Positions 1 through 10,807 of a stretch of DNA of 64,000 nt are shown in pieces (positions within the stretch are counted from its first letter, which is position 1; each line of letters opens with the position of its first letter). The stretch is from Lepidodermella squamata. Its lineage: Eukaryota; Animalia; Gastrotricha. Made by a program: the position numbers and the translations under genes. The notes under the pieces were generated by a model, which was not told where the DNA came from, made no database searches, and saw nothing but the letters and a program-made list of their open reading frames with translations. The stretch spans positions 558,001 to 622,000 of the forward strand of contig JBLDXI010000026.1 of NCBI GenBank assembly GCA_047495785.1, read 5' to 3'.

Positions 1-932
1 GACAGGTTATGGCATTTGTTATATGCGTCATGGCTGACCAAAAACCTGAGTGTGAGCATGAGGCGTGCTTTTTATTTTCGTATGTTTACTTTTACGCTTT
101 TCAATCAGGGAAAGTCAGGGAACATTGGTATTCTAGTGGTCAGCGTCAGCAGCACGTATCATACAGTGAAAAGTAACGGGCAGTGAGAGTGCAGCCTCCC
201 CCAAGAAAGTCGCGTTGAAAGCGTTCATGCAGTTGCTGCTTCAAATGATTAATTTTCGGCATCCCTTCGTCCACCGTTATTTCATACTCATTAATGGATG
301 TCCGCAAATTATGAACATTGCCAGCTTATAACGTACGTTTCATACGTCAAGCCGACGTGTGCTATGGAAGGGTTTGCGCCCAATAAAATGAAATTATTTA
401 GTCATTTCTGATTTGTTGTTTTTGGTTCAAGTAGAAGTGTACTTGTAGCGGAAAAGACATTAGACGGAAATGATCATGGCGGAATTCGGTCACTTTTCGG
501 GGGTTCGAAAATCCAATGTTTTCGGCTTGACCCCACGGCCGCATCCTTGATCAAATTATCGGGTTTCGGATGCATTTTTTGGTTTACATGATTTATTCCT
601 AAACCACCCAGCCGTCATACCGGGTGAGAAACCGTGTTCGCGCTTCGTATTAAGAAATAGGGAAATTTCGTAGGCTGCTTTGAAATAATTTGAAAATAAC
701 TTAGAACCCCCAAAAAGTGACAAAATCGTTCATTTCCCAGCTGATTCCTTTGAACTGGTTGAAGTTGAAACCGATCCCCATAGATTAAACTAAAAAAATC
801 GAAATTCCATGACGAGGGATAATGGTTATAGCGCGAGGAACACATGTAAACATGTATGCGCGAGTTTCAAAAAGATCCGCCATAATAAAATTTTACGAAA
901 ATCGGCAAAAGAATTAAGCAATCTTGGATGGG

Positions 933-1042
933 TCAGAATACAGAAACACTTTTCTTGTACGAATGACTGTATGAATCGAGGTTCCGCAGGAACCGAAGAT
1001 GAATACAGTCATGAGTACAAGAAAAGTGTTTCTGTATTCTGA
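933..1042. repeat. Foldback/inverted repeat (hairpin) with 28-bp perfect arms, MITE-like
   Basis: TCAGAATACAGAAACACTTTTCTTGTAC at 933 and its reverse complement ending at 1042, with inner imperfect arms. Partial copies recur at about 1173-1212. No TSD seen. Confidence 0.75.
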
Positions 1043-1271
1043 GTAAATCCGAGATTGCTTTTCTCCTCTGTATCTGCCAAAAACTCGGAGAAACGTAGCT
1101 AGAAAGTGCGGGAAAAAGTGATCTTGTACGCCATTTATATAGGAAAATGCGATAATAAAAAGTCCATCTTAATAAAAGTGTTTCTGTATTGTACAGGAAT
1201 ACAGAAACACTATTTCTGTATCGTTTTTTAGCCTCAATCATAGGAGAATTAAATCTTCAAGCTTCCAATAG

Positions 1272-1321
1272 GAGCTTGATCATAGAGAACAGAAGTACTT
1301 CTGTTCTCTATGGAGCTTGAT
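1272..1321. mobile_element. 32-bp perfect palindrome (CATAGAG...CTCTATG, 1281-1312) flanked by a 9-bp direct repeat; probable DNA-transposon excision footprint
   Basis: CATAGAGAACAGAAGT|ACTTCTGTTCTCTATG; GAGCTTGAT at both 1272-1280 and 1313-1321. Confidence 0.7.
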
Positions 1322-1358
1322 CTCTGGCATAGAGAAAGAAGTTCTCTATGATCTCTGG
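1320..1358. mobile_element. 23-bp remnant with the same CATAGAG...CTCTATG ends (1328-1350) flanked by an 8-bp direct repeat
   Basis: ATCTCTGG at both 1320-1327 and 1351-1358. Confidence 0.7.
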
Positions 1359-1488
1359 TAACTCCAATCTCTATGGTTCTGGGTAAACTTTCGTTGTGCG
1401 TTGTGTACAAATTTCAGTGTGACCAGTGCGACGCTGGTTATATCGGCATGACCACCCGCCATCTGCATCAACGTGTTGAGGAGCACTA

Positions 1489-1547
1489 CCATAGAGCTAG
1501 TTTTAAGATAGAGGTCCTACTCCTGACTCTTAAAACTAGCTCTATGG
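1489..1547. mobile_element. Miniature inverted-repeat element (20-bp TIRs) inside the Penelope remnant
   Basis: CCATAGAGCTAGTTTTAAGA (1489-1508) and TCTTAAAACTAGCTCTATGG (1528-1547); same CATAGAG terminus as the footprints nearby. Confidence 0.65.
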
Positions 1548-1674
1548 AGCCTGCTGATCAAAAAGACCAAACTAAAAATCAGCCTCAATGTGCAGTCGGA
1601 CTCCGTCAAATTAAAATTATTTTAATTCTTGTTTTGTTGTGATTTTGATTTTGTTGTTTTTCTTCTATACTTCT

Positions 1675-1712
1675 AGTCTGATGATGGTACGAGAGCGTAC
1701 CGAAACGTCACG
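1675..1712 (+). ncRNA. Minimal type I hammerhead ribozyme (Penelope-associated), stem I degenerate
   Basis: CTGATGA(1678-1684)-T-stem II GGTACG/AGAG/CGTACC-GAAA(1702-1705)-CGTC; predicted cleavage after C1709; sits just after the PLE ORF end. Confidence 0.7.
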
Positions 1713-2654
1713 CCTTAACAATGGAATTTCATCGCTATACTCAATTCGTATTTTACTGAGAATTTACCCTACGAGGGTGCTTTTTTCAACATTGCGCTCA
1801 TTACACACTTATATTGTCACACATATTGTCCATTGTATCAAAAATGTGCGATTTGAGTCTTTCAAAAGCTGCTATAACAGAAAATGCTGTTAGGATCCCC
1901 TCAGAATCCCAGGCAATGTACATAGGCAAGTCTCTCCGAATTTAACCGACAAATCTCAGTTCTGCAAAATAATATGTGGTAATCATAGTGAATGCGATGA
2001 GAGTGCGGTCAATAAAGTATTTTAAGGACTGTTTATCATCCTCGTTTTTTTCATACGTCTGTGGATCAATAATCTGCCACCGCGTGCCTGCGAAAACGGA
2101 GGAATATAATTTCGTATATAAAGCTGTTTGGCGAAGGACATCGCTCACAAGTTATTTTGTTCTCGAATCTTCGACGATTAATGCCTAAACCGCTCCGTTC
2201 TGCTGAAACGGTTGGCGGTGTTGTGAAATGTCGCGTTTGCGATCTGGTTGTATCGCGTCGTCCCAAGTACCTACCTTCCTGCTGCGAAGCGTGTCAAAAA
2301 TTCTTCAGGCGGAACTGCCATAGAGCTAGTCAGCTGAGGTGCAAGCATACCAAAGGGAGGCAAAGCCCAGACCTCACCAGATATCCTGTCTATGTAACCC
2401 GTGGTATGTGCTCCAAATGTCGATTCGACAAATGTATTGCAGCTGGAATGACAAGTGAGGATAAGACATACAACTGAACTCAACATGTTTTCAAATTGAT
2501 TGTATATCCTTTCCAGGCAAGTTTCTTACCCAGGAGGCTTTTGGATCGAGGTCGGGATCAATATCTGAAACTAGTGAAGAGATCTCTGAGTCCAACATCT
2601 TAGTCCGGATTTGCAGTGTCAAAGTCCACTTTTTTTGCTGTTCAATGCGTCATG

Positions 2655-2706
2655 GTGGTGGCGGTGGTCGGAGCGGTCGGAGCGGTCGGAGCGGTCGGTG
2701 ACCGTG
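2655..2706. repeat. Subterminal 9-bp tandem repeat (GGTCGGAGC)n in the transposon left end
   Basis: ggtcggagc repeated about 3.5 times; related G-rich motifs occur on the opposite strand near the right TIR (6150-6190). Confidence 0.7.
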
Positions 2707-2901
2707 GTCATTATTAGCATGAAAAAAATTGTTTTTCTCATCTTCCGTCATTTATTGGATTTTCTAAATAAATAAAAAGAGCCTTTTTTGGGGTAATAAA
2801 TTACTATCATACAAATATGAATTAAAATCGTTGAATCAATCTGAACATTTGCAGAAGTAATTATTATTGATTCTATAGGTTTCCAGAATTTCTTTCATCA
2901 C

Positions 2902-4837
2902 ATGCCGGCGACTTACTCTGAGCCGACCATAGTTGATCAAGATGCAGCTAGGCGCAGCTTGTCTCGAATGAAGGGCCCCGTTTCATCAATTTCCAACCGA
3001 TCAGCTGTACATCGAGCTGAGGTGGTGCAGAATCTTTTCTTGCAGTCGTTACCTGTGGCGTGGCCTTTCAATGCAGCTATGGACGGGGCTGTTATTAAAA
3101 AAGCCCAATTAGTTGTAGAATACGAAAACATAGGCGTGGTTGCGTCGGAATGGCCATTGAAAAACGAGTCTAAACAGGAACAGGCTGGAGAAAAAACGCA
3201 GAGGTTAAGGTTGAATTGTCAACTGGTAATATTACAGCTTGATTATTATGTTTAGTTTGGTTCGCCTCGGCTTGAAACACGGCATTAATGCTTCCACCCT
3301 CATGACCATTAAAAATGAAATTGGCTACCAAAGTGTAACAAAAGAAAACTTCTATGGGGTTCGAAAGCGCCTTGCTATGCTTCACCCAATAACATCAACT
3401 CACCGCGGATTAGGCGCATATCGCTCGGTAGATTCAATCGTTAAAAAAATGATTGTTCGAGGCGACTTGGAAAAAGACGTTGTTAATGATCTACGGCTTC
3501 AGGTAAATCAAAATTACATATGGTCCTTGCTAGGGCAAAGTCAAATTGAACAGGTGGATGGCATGGCAGCTAGGACGAGCATGGCAGATGCAACAGTCAG
3601 TTCATACATTTGTGCTGCTAAGACAAAGGCCAAAGTGGGCTGCGCTGGTGAATATCAGCTGTCAATGTACCAGGGAAGCGAATCTTCCGAGATGTTCAGG
3701 AAGTTTTTACAGCCAACCATAGGCGAGCTCTCGAATATCGTTCGAGATGGCTTGAAGATCGGGGATGATTCTTACGATTTTCGATTATTGGTTTGCTGTG
3801 ACTACCCAGCTACTGTCAAGCTCTTTGGCTGTGGTCACCAGGGCGCCGATTTTCGTTGCGTAATCTGTGAAAGGAATATTAAAAAGCTCAATGTCCTTTC
3901 GCGGAAACGCCGATTCGACTCATACGAAAATTCATTTAAAGGAAAGCTTGGTTGGTCGAAAGATTTTGCCCCGATGATTCGTTTGGGTCCTGACAAACTT
4001 CTGATTTTACCTGATTTCTTCCACATGAAGGTCAATATTGCTCGTCAACTTATTGCTAAAGTAGGTATTCCTTCCAACAACTTGAAAGTTCAATATTCTA
4101 TTTAACAATAGATCATACGTGTTCTGAAAAGCCATGGGTTCCGCGATGCTATGAACGATCTTGTTTCTTTCTTGAAAACCAACTCGAAAAAGCCAAAATT
4201 TTCTATCGAGACCAAAGCCACAAAACGAGGTGTCATTAGTGTGCTTATCAAAAATTCCAATCACTACGGCATTTCCAAGGTATGAACCTAATTTTGTGTT
4301 ATATGAAATAAATTAGTTCCTAACTGAAATTTAAACTAGGCATTTGCTGAATTAGCCAAGAGAATGATTGGAAAGCCTCTATCCGAGTCATTTTTCCTAC
4401 CGGCTAACTTCCTCAACTCAGTCAAAACTTCAGGTCGTAACACTCGCAGGGGATCTATTCAGTCTCAAAGCAGCCGTCAGAAGCTACTGCTGTCTTCATT
4501 AAAGGATTTGCGAACCTTGTGTCTATCCACCTTGATGGTATTTCGGGACATCGAGATGAACCATGTGACGTCAACAGCTAAAATTATGGCTAGCTGCTAC
4601 GAAAAGATATGGCATCGAACTATTGGACCAGTTACTTCTTACGCTCATTTGCTCGGGTGCCATGTTTACGAGCTTCTGGAGAAAGGGGTCGATTTGGCAA
4701 AACTCTGCACTGAGAGCATTGAGTTGAGCAACAAGAAAAGACGCAGAACGATGGACTGTTCAATTTCAAACAAATACTCCAAACCGTGCCAGATTTTGAA
4801 AATCGAAAACATGAAGGAAAATTTGAAGCTGATTTGA
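2902..4837 (+). CDS. RAG1/Transib-like DDE transposase, 5 exons, about 573 aa
   Basis: Exons 2902-3203, 3256-3502, 3554-4060, 4112-4279 and 4340-4837 join in frame via GT-AG introns. Motifs LQVDGM, CCDYPATVKLFG..GADFRCVIC, PDFFHMKVNIA and VTSYAHLLGCHVYELL..LCTESIELSNKKRRR parallel RAG1 D600, D708, CxxC, DxxH, HxxxxH and E962. Confidence 0.85.
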
Positions 4838-5004
4838 AAATATTTGAAGTACCTAGAAACTGTGTTTCATTTGATAAATAAAAAGTTTGAACTATGTCAT
4901 CATGTCATCATTTTATTTCCGCATTAATCTTTGTCGACGTAGCTTTATTTCTTCCTCAACTTTGATTTATCATAGGCAGGAGGCAAAAGATCACAGCGTA
5001 ACCT

Positions 5005-6074
5005 TTACTTGTCAACCTCATAACCATCACGATCAGCATTATAGAACAAACGGAACTTGTCCTTAGCGTCCCACTGAAAACGAAACACGCCCGCTCTTAT
5101 AAGGCGGTGGATCACAGGTATTTGACGGGCAATGGCGCCAGTTGTTCTACCCAACTCTTTATCGAGGTCACGATCTGTTGGTGTCTTTGCCATCCAAAAT
5201 TCGATCATTTTAGCTGTAACACTTTCAAATTTTATCCCAGACCTGACAACATAGGCGAAACAATGCCGAATACGATTTCTTTCATCGGGACTCCACTCGG
5301 TTCTGCTCTTCGTTGATTTAGCTGTGAGATTAAACACTATTTTACACAATTTACACAGCAAAACAAAGGCTTACAATTTGAATAGCTGCTCGCCACATTT
5401 TGTATATGGTTCCATGACATTTTGAAAGCATAACTTGAATCTAGATCGACTCGGTCGCTGTCAGGGACGCTGAAGAACAACGGTCCTGGAGCAAACGAAT
5501 TGCCTGATTTACCGCTCTTCTTGCGCATATCACGTGAAACCGCTCGATTGGATTTAGTCGATTGGGTCGGCTCGATTGGTTCACGTTCATCGGGCTCATG
5601 TTGCTCATCAGCATCGTCCTCGCCATCATCCTCGCTATCGTCCTCGCCATCACCCCCGTCGTCATCCTCGTCATCGCTCTCATCTTCATCCTCGTCATTG
5701 TCCTCGTCATCTTCCGATGCATCTTCCTCGCCATCAACAACAGCATCACCCACGGCACCATCCTGGCCATCATCATGACCATCGACCTCGTGATCATCTC
5801 CGCCTTCAACTCCATTACGCTCCACCTCCATTTCTTGGCCGCTAACACCTTCCGCTTCGCCAGTTTTTCGCTGTTTGGCTACCCGCGGCAACTTCAACGC
5901 GACCTCTTCAGCAACAGGAGCGGCCTTTCTTCGTGTGCTTGTCTCGTTTTCTCGCGCACTCTTTCGCCGCGCATCGCTCTGCTTGCGATTGCGATCTTTC
6001 TCCTCAAGAATTGCCGCATCTTTTGTGGCTTGAATTGCCGCTTCCTTTGCTGCGATTTTCCGCGTTTTGGTCAT
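5005..6074 (-). CDS. Transposon second gene: basic N-terminus, long Asp/Glu tract, C-terminal Myb/SANT-like HTH (about 343 aa)
   Basis: ATG at 6074; a 38-nt intron (5337-5374) joins ORFs 5337..6122 and 5005..5361 in frame; motif TEWSPDERNRI...LGRTTGAIARQI. Confidence 0.7.
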
Positions 6075-8748
6075 GAAAAAAAGAATATTTAAATAAGTAA
6101 ATAATGTGGAAATAATGCTCACGAGAAATTATTAGATGATAAAAAAATTCCCGACCTAATCGACCACCCCACCGCCCCGACCACACATCATGAAGCAAAA
6201 AATGTGTGGACTTTGACACTGCAAATCCAGACTAAGATGAAAGTCAGATTAATTTCGCTGCCGGTTGCGCCAGAATCATTTTTCGACAATCCTACGGAAA
6301 AGCTGGTTCGAACTTCTATTCACGCTTTCACCGTTCTTCATGATCTTGAATTCGTGAGCTTGGAGCAACTAATGAAAGGTTCACTGTTTTCACTTGAAGC
6401 CTGAATTTTAGGGTCCACTGAAAGATAGGTCCGATGCCGCTGAACAGCTCATCGATTTACGGTCCCGCATTGTTCAACGAATGAGCTACAACGTTGAACA
6501 TGTGAAAGCATACCAATTTCAGTTTTTAGGCTAGAAGTAGTTTGTTTAATATTGTGCTTAAGTATTTGTTGACCACAGAGACTTGGGACGAGATCAGCAT
6601 TGAAGATGTTGAACCAGGCCGTGGGTTTGCCTCTGGAAAAATGAGCTCTGTTTACCACAACCTGTCTGGCGGTTTGAAACCATCCTGGTATGGAATGGAT
6701 GATAACGTGAAGGAGTTGATTTATCAGGAATTTCCCTACTTGGCGGTAAAACAATTCTGTGAAGTTTCCATTTTCTTTAGCAATCAATTCCAGAAACTGG
6801 AGCCAGAATATCATCTACTGAAAAAACTGCTGAGCAAGCTTGCTCCCACTTTCATCGAAGCTGCATTAGTTCTGAGCATATCAATATTTCACGGTATTAA
6901 GAAACCATGAGATTTCAGCATTTCTTAATGCCGAACTTTCCAGATGAGACTGGCAAAAATCGCCGAATCCAGCGCTTGCAAAAAACGCTTATCGATGTTC
7001 TGCGGAGAGTAATAAGCGACAGGTACGGCGATAGCCCTGATGTTTTGAATAGCCGCATGCAGCTTCTTGGCCAAAGCGTTACGACTACTGTTCGGCTGCA
7101 AAAACTCGCTCTAACTTTCTTTGAACATGAAGCCCACGACTTGGAGTTTTGCAGTTCAGCTGCTCAGGCTCTCAATATGCAGCGTGATTCGCCAATGAAC
7201 AATGATTGAAGATGTTTTGAGATGACAAAATAACACATTCTGATCCGGTTTTTCAAGTAAAATTGTTGACTGTTGGCCCTCATTGAATGACAAATTCATG
7301 CATATTTTAAGAAGTGAAACGAGAGTCCCGCAAATTCTTTTCATTTTACAGCCGAGGATAACGGCACAACTAGCAATGTATTATTGATAAGAAATCTCCC
7401 ATAGCTAGACATTTCTTTTCAATATGTTGCTTTAACCTTGATTATGACGATTTTCAAGTTGGACAAAAGCGAAGGCGACGTCCGCGCTAGGTACTTCGAA
7501 GCAGACATCTACTAGCGTGCATTTCCAGGCCTCATGTTGTTTATTTTCACCGCCTAGTCGATACTATTCTGTAAGTAATGCGCGTGCGTAGCGTAATTAC
7601 CCAGAACTGGAACTAGGGTCAGAACGTTTTTGATAGTTATATGGGTCACCTACCTGTCATTTTTACTAGCGTTCAGGGTGCCTGGATAGGTGATCAGAGT
7701 GATCCTGGAGCTGCCAGCTGCGTGGGATTCTATATTTGCCAAAATTATAAGTGCTTTCATCAGAAAATAAAGCAAAGTGAAGAAATTGTGATTTGCTTGA
7801 GATTTTAGATTCTCCACTAAATCACGGTCCGAAACCTCTGAAAATATACGGAACAGTGGGCTGAATCTTCGTTTTCTTGTATCGTCCAGCCCTCCCCTCC
7901 CCACCCCCTTCCTTGGATATACTTTCTTGGAGAATTCACTGCATTACGATTTCAGTTCAGCAGCAGGCTATAGTATCGAGTTTCACGAAATGCGTAGCAC
8001 AACCTAAATCTGTCCGCGACTTGATTTACAGCTTAGAAATTAGCTCGCCAGGGTGTTTGCTACACATGTCGTAAAAGCTAGGATAACATTTTGCGTGTCA
8101 TAGATGTAATGATGTAATGATAGATCATGGAGGCATTCGATTTTTTAAGACAACAGACAATTCATTCTGCTTTACCGTCATGCATTATTAATTCCTGCAC
8201 TCAGAAAATATAATACAGACTCATTTCTGCGTGTTTTGAGCCTAACAGGTACATCTATGGGATAATACTTCGAGTTCAGATATGTCGGGGAATACGTTTT
8301 CTAGCGTGGGGATTAGAAGACAAAACCGGACATTTCCTGTTACCCTGTTATCCGCCGGACTTTGTTTTCAAAAGGTACTAATAGCGTGGACCGCGGGCCG
8401 CCGTTTGATGAAGGAGAGGGCCGTTTTATAGGAGCCAACTCCATATTAATATCTCCTACAAATACATATTTTGTATTGGATACCTAAATTAATGGTCAGT
8501 AATTTCAGTCGACAACGCGAAAAACAACCTCGAGAAGCTACCGTGACGGCCAAGATTAGCAACCACACCGTTTTTCCCAACCCGAAACTTCTAACAACTC
8601 TAAACACCGTGGCTAAGGACTCAAGCAGTTACCGCTTCTTTTGATATTAGTTATTAGTGCGTAAGCTTTGAGAAAAAATTGAGAATGAAATACTTGAGAT
8701 CCGACGTTACCGACGAATTTTGCTGTTCATGTCATTAAACAGCTGATT

Positions 8749-10168
8749 TTATTGAGGGATATAACTGACACGTTTGTATTTTAGAACTGAGATTGGGTCG
8801 GATATTATGTTATCGGGTCCAAATTCACAAGGGATGCATTCGCTTTTTATCATGTCGCCTGCTATTGCAGGAGATTCCGCTAAATTCATCGTCTCGGTGA
8901 AAGCCTTGTACAAAGGTGACGGATCATTATTCATAGCCATTTCACTCATCGAAATTCTTTGAGCATCCAATACGGCTCGAGTGCACTCGCGAAATTTCAG
9001 CAGTCTAGCCTTAACAATAGATTTATCTCCGCTGGCAGCAAGCATCATTTCAGACTGCAATGCAGATAACATTCGCCGTTGAAATTGCATGACACGAGGA
9101 TTTGTACCAGAAATATCTATAAAGAAAACCCTATAATTCGAGATTGTGTTCCAAAGGATCCCTACCATAAAAAATCAAAACACTCAGCAGGAACGCAGCC
9201 TCCAGGAATGTCGGGCTGAAATCTTCCAGTTGTTGCTTCAGATGGTTGATTTTCGGCATCATCCTCTGCGCAACAGGTTAATCAGTATTATTGCTGTAAA
9301 AACCCAATTTTTACCGTCATTAGCCGCGGATGGATATCGCGCATTAGAGGCACGGCCTCGTCCGGCATTCCCAGCCACGACGGGTTAGCTGAGCTTGGCA
9401 AATTGTGGTAAATTGCCACCATGTGAATTATTGACGAAGCTCGCAACTCGCGGAAGTCTTCTTCTGTAAGTTCGGGCGCAAGATCTGTGAAATCAAATAA
9501 CGAAAATCTCCGTAAGTAACTCCTCGGCACTGGTTTTGCTCACCTTTAAAACAGAAGCCGTAGGTGTTCAAGAGATTTGCACAATAAGCAGTGTGGTAGA
9601 ATAGTCGTTCTTTCAACTGTATCACATCGCGTATTGGGGATGCCCTAAAAGGGCCCTTCAGTGAATTGAATTACATATGAGATTTAAAACAAATACAAGC
9701 GTATTACGAATTCAAGATCGTGGAGAACAGTGAAAGCCCGAAGCGATCGCATCGAAATTATTGAATTCGGTTCTTCAATAACCATCTCTGGAGTCTTACT
9801 CAGAATTAGAGGCGGTTCAGGCTCGTATTTTTGGAAAGCATTCACTTGATTGATGCGTGAGACCTTCGCTTCATCACATAAATATTTGCCTGTGGAAAAA
9901 TCTATTTGTTTCTAAAAGTTGAGATGATTCAAAACAAACTTTGCATTCCTGTTGCCAAACAACGATCAAAGCGGCATTTCGCACACATTTTACGCGCGAC
10001 GTAGATAGTGGCAACCGATTGGTGTGCTGATCGAGCGTTATGGCGACATTTCAGCTTATTATAACTTTGGCAGTTTCGTCGGAAAAATTTCTGGCAGGCC
10101 TCGCATGTTCGCGGTTGATACTTTTCACGCGGTACTACAAAGCAATCGCATACAGGGCATTTAGTCAT
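8749..10168 (-). CDS. Atypical nuclear-receptor-like gene copy 2
   Basis: DBD CPVC-x14-CEACQKFFRRNC; multi-exon LBD with family motifs AFTVLHDLEF, IYHNLP and an EAAFLLSVLIF helix. Confidence 0.85.
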
Positions 10169-10807
10169 AGTTTATCAATTTGAAAATATTGACAGATATA
10201 GCTTGTGAAAAAATATTAGTGTGCGCGCTCGCAAACGTGTGCGAGAAGTGTAGTTTCACGTCCGAGTGCTCACAAATTTTATTGATTTATACGCGCCCGG
10301 CCTCTCTTATTCTAGACATTCATAGTAGGAGGATATTTTGATCTTTTGACAGCGCCTAACGTTTTAGGAGCTGCCTAAAGAAATCGATTTAGGCTTTGCG
10401 ATGAATGATACGAAGAATAATCATCCATCCGCAGTGAGGGAAAAGTTGGATCGAAATGAAAATGGAAGATTCACCAACAAATTTTTTTAAATTACCGCTG
10501 TTGATTCCGAAATGACAAATAAGTTCAATGGCTTTTCTAGTTAAGGTACCCGTGTAACCGAAGGCGTAATTTTAGACGACATTTTATTATTCAACGACAT
10601 ATTATCTTGAAGCTAGAAGTGAACAATTAAACATTGAAATCACGTTTATTTGGGATGAAATGTTATTTTCCTGAAATTTTTAAACAAGTTTCGATTCAGT
10701 GTTTGCAACTTTCCGTGCAACAGAAAGCGACAATCGGAAATATATTTCGGCTAGCGAAAAAAAAGAATGAATGGTTTCACTGTTTTTTCAGAACATCGTT
10801 TCTTCTC

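Larger units (their letters stand above)
1395..1712 (+). mobile_element. Penelope-like retroelement 3' remnant (GIY-YIG endonuclease fragment), disrupted
   Basis: Translation VVYKFQCDQCDAGYIGMTTRHLHQRVEEH matches the PLE GIY-YIG with CxxC insert. In a shifted frame LLIKKTKLKISLNVQSDSVKLKLF resembles the typical PLE C-terminus. A hammerhead motif follows. Confidence 0.8.
2596..6239. mobile_element. Autonomous-looking 3644-bp DNA transposon with 34-bp TIRs and 2-bp AA TSD, two convergent genes
   Basis: TIR CATCTTAGTCCGGATTTGCAGTGTCAAAGTCCAC (2596-2629) versus its reverse complement at 6206-6239, one mismatch. AA at 2594-2595 and 6240-6241. Removing the element plus one AA restores the host frame TCC AAA GTC AGA. 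Confidence 0.92.
2181..7209 (+). pseudogene. Atypical nuclear-receptor-like gene copy 1, interrupted in exon 2 by the 2596-6239 transposon
   Basis: DBD CRVC-x14-CEACQKFFRRNC...CSKCRFDKC-GM, intron, exon 2 from 2517. The frame resumes after the TE (KVRLISLP...AFTVLHDLEF) and LBD motif PTFIEAALVLSISIFH follows. The donor at 6530 is GC rather than GT. Confidence 0.8.

Noticed and set aside
2596-2640. RSS-like heptamer/nonamer in the transposon TIR (internal CAGTG plus homopolymer tract)
   Set aside because: The terminus is CAT, not CAC; CAGTG is internal; the tract is T-rich on the strand where an RSS nonamer would be A-rich; there is no 12/23-type asymmetry.
5441-6092. Overlapping His-rich, Ser-rich and hydrophobic ORFs
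   Set aside because: These are alternative-frame and antisense shadows of the Asp/Glu codon tract.
2596-6239. P-element or Harbinger assignment for the large transposon (CAT ends; Myb-like second gene)
   Set aside because: There is no 7-8-bp or 3-bp TWA TSD, and the catalytic motifs follow the RAG1/Transib pattern.
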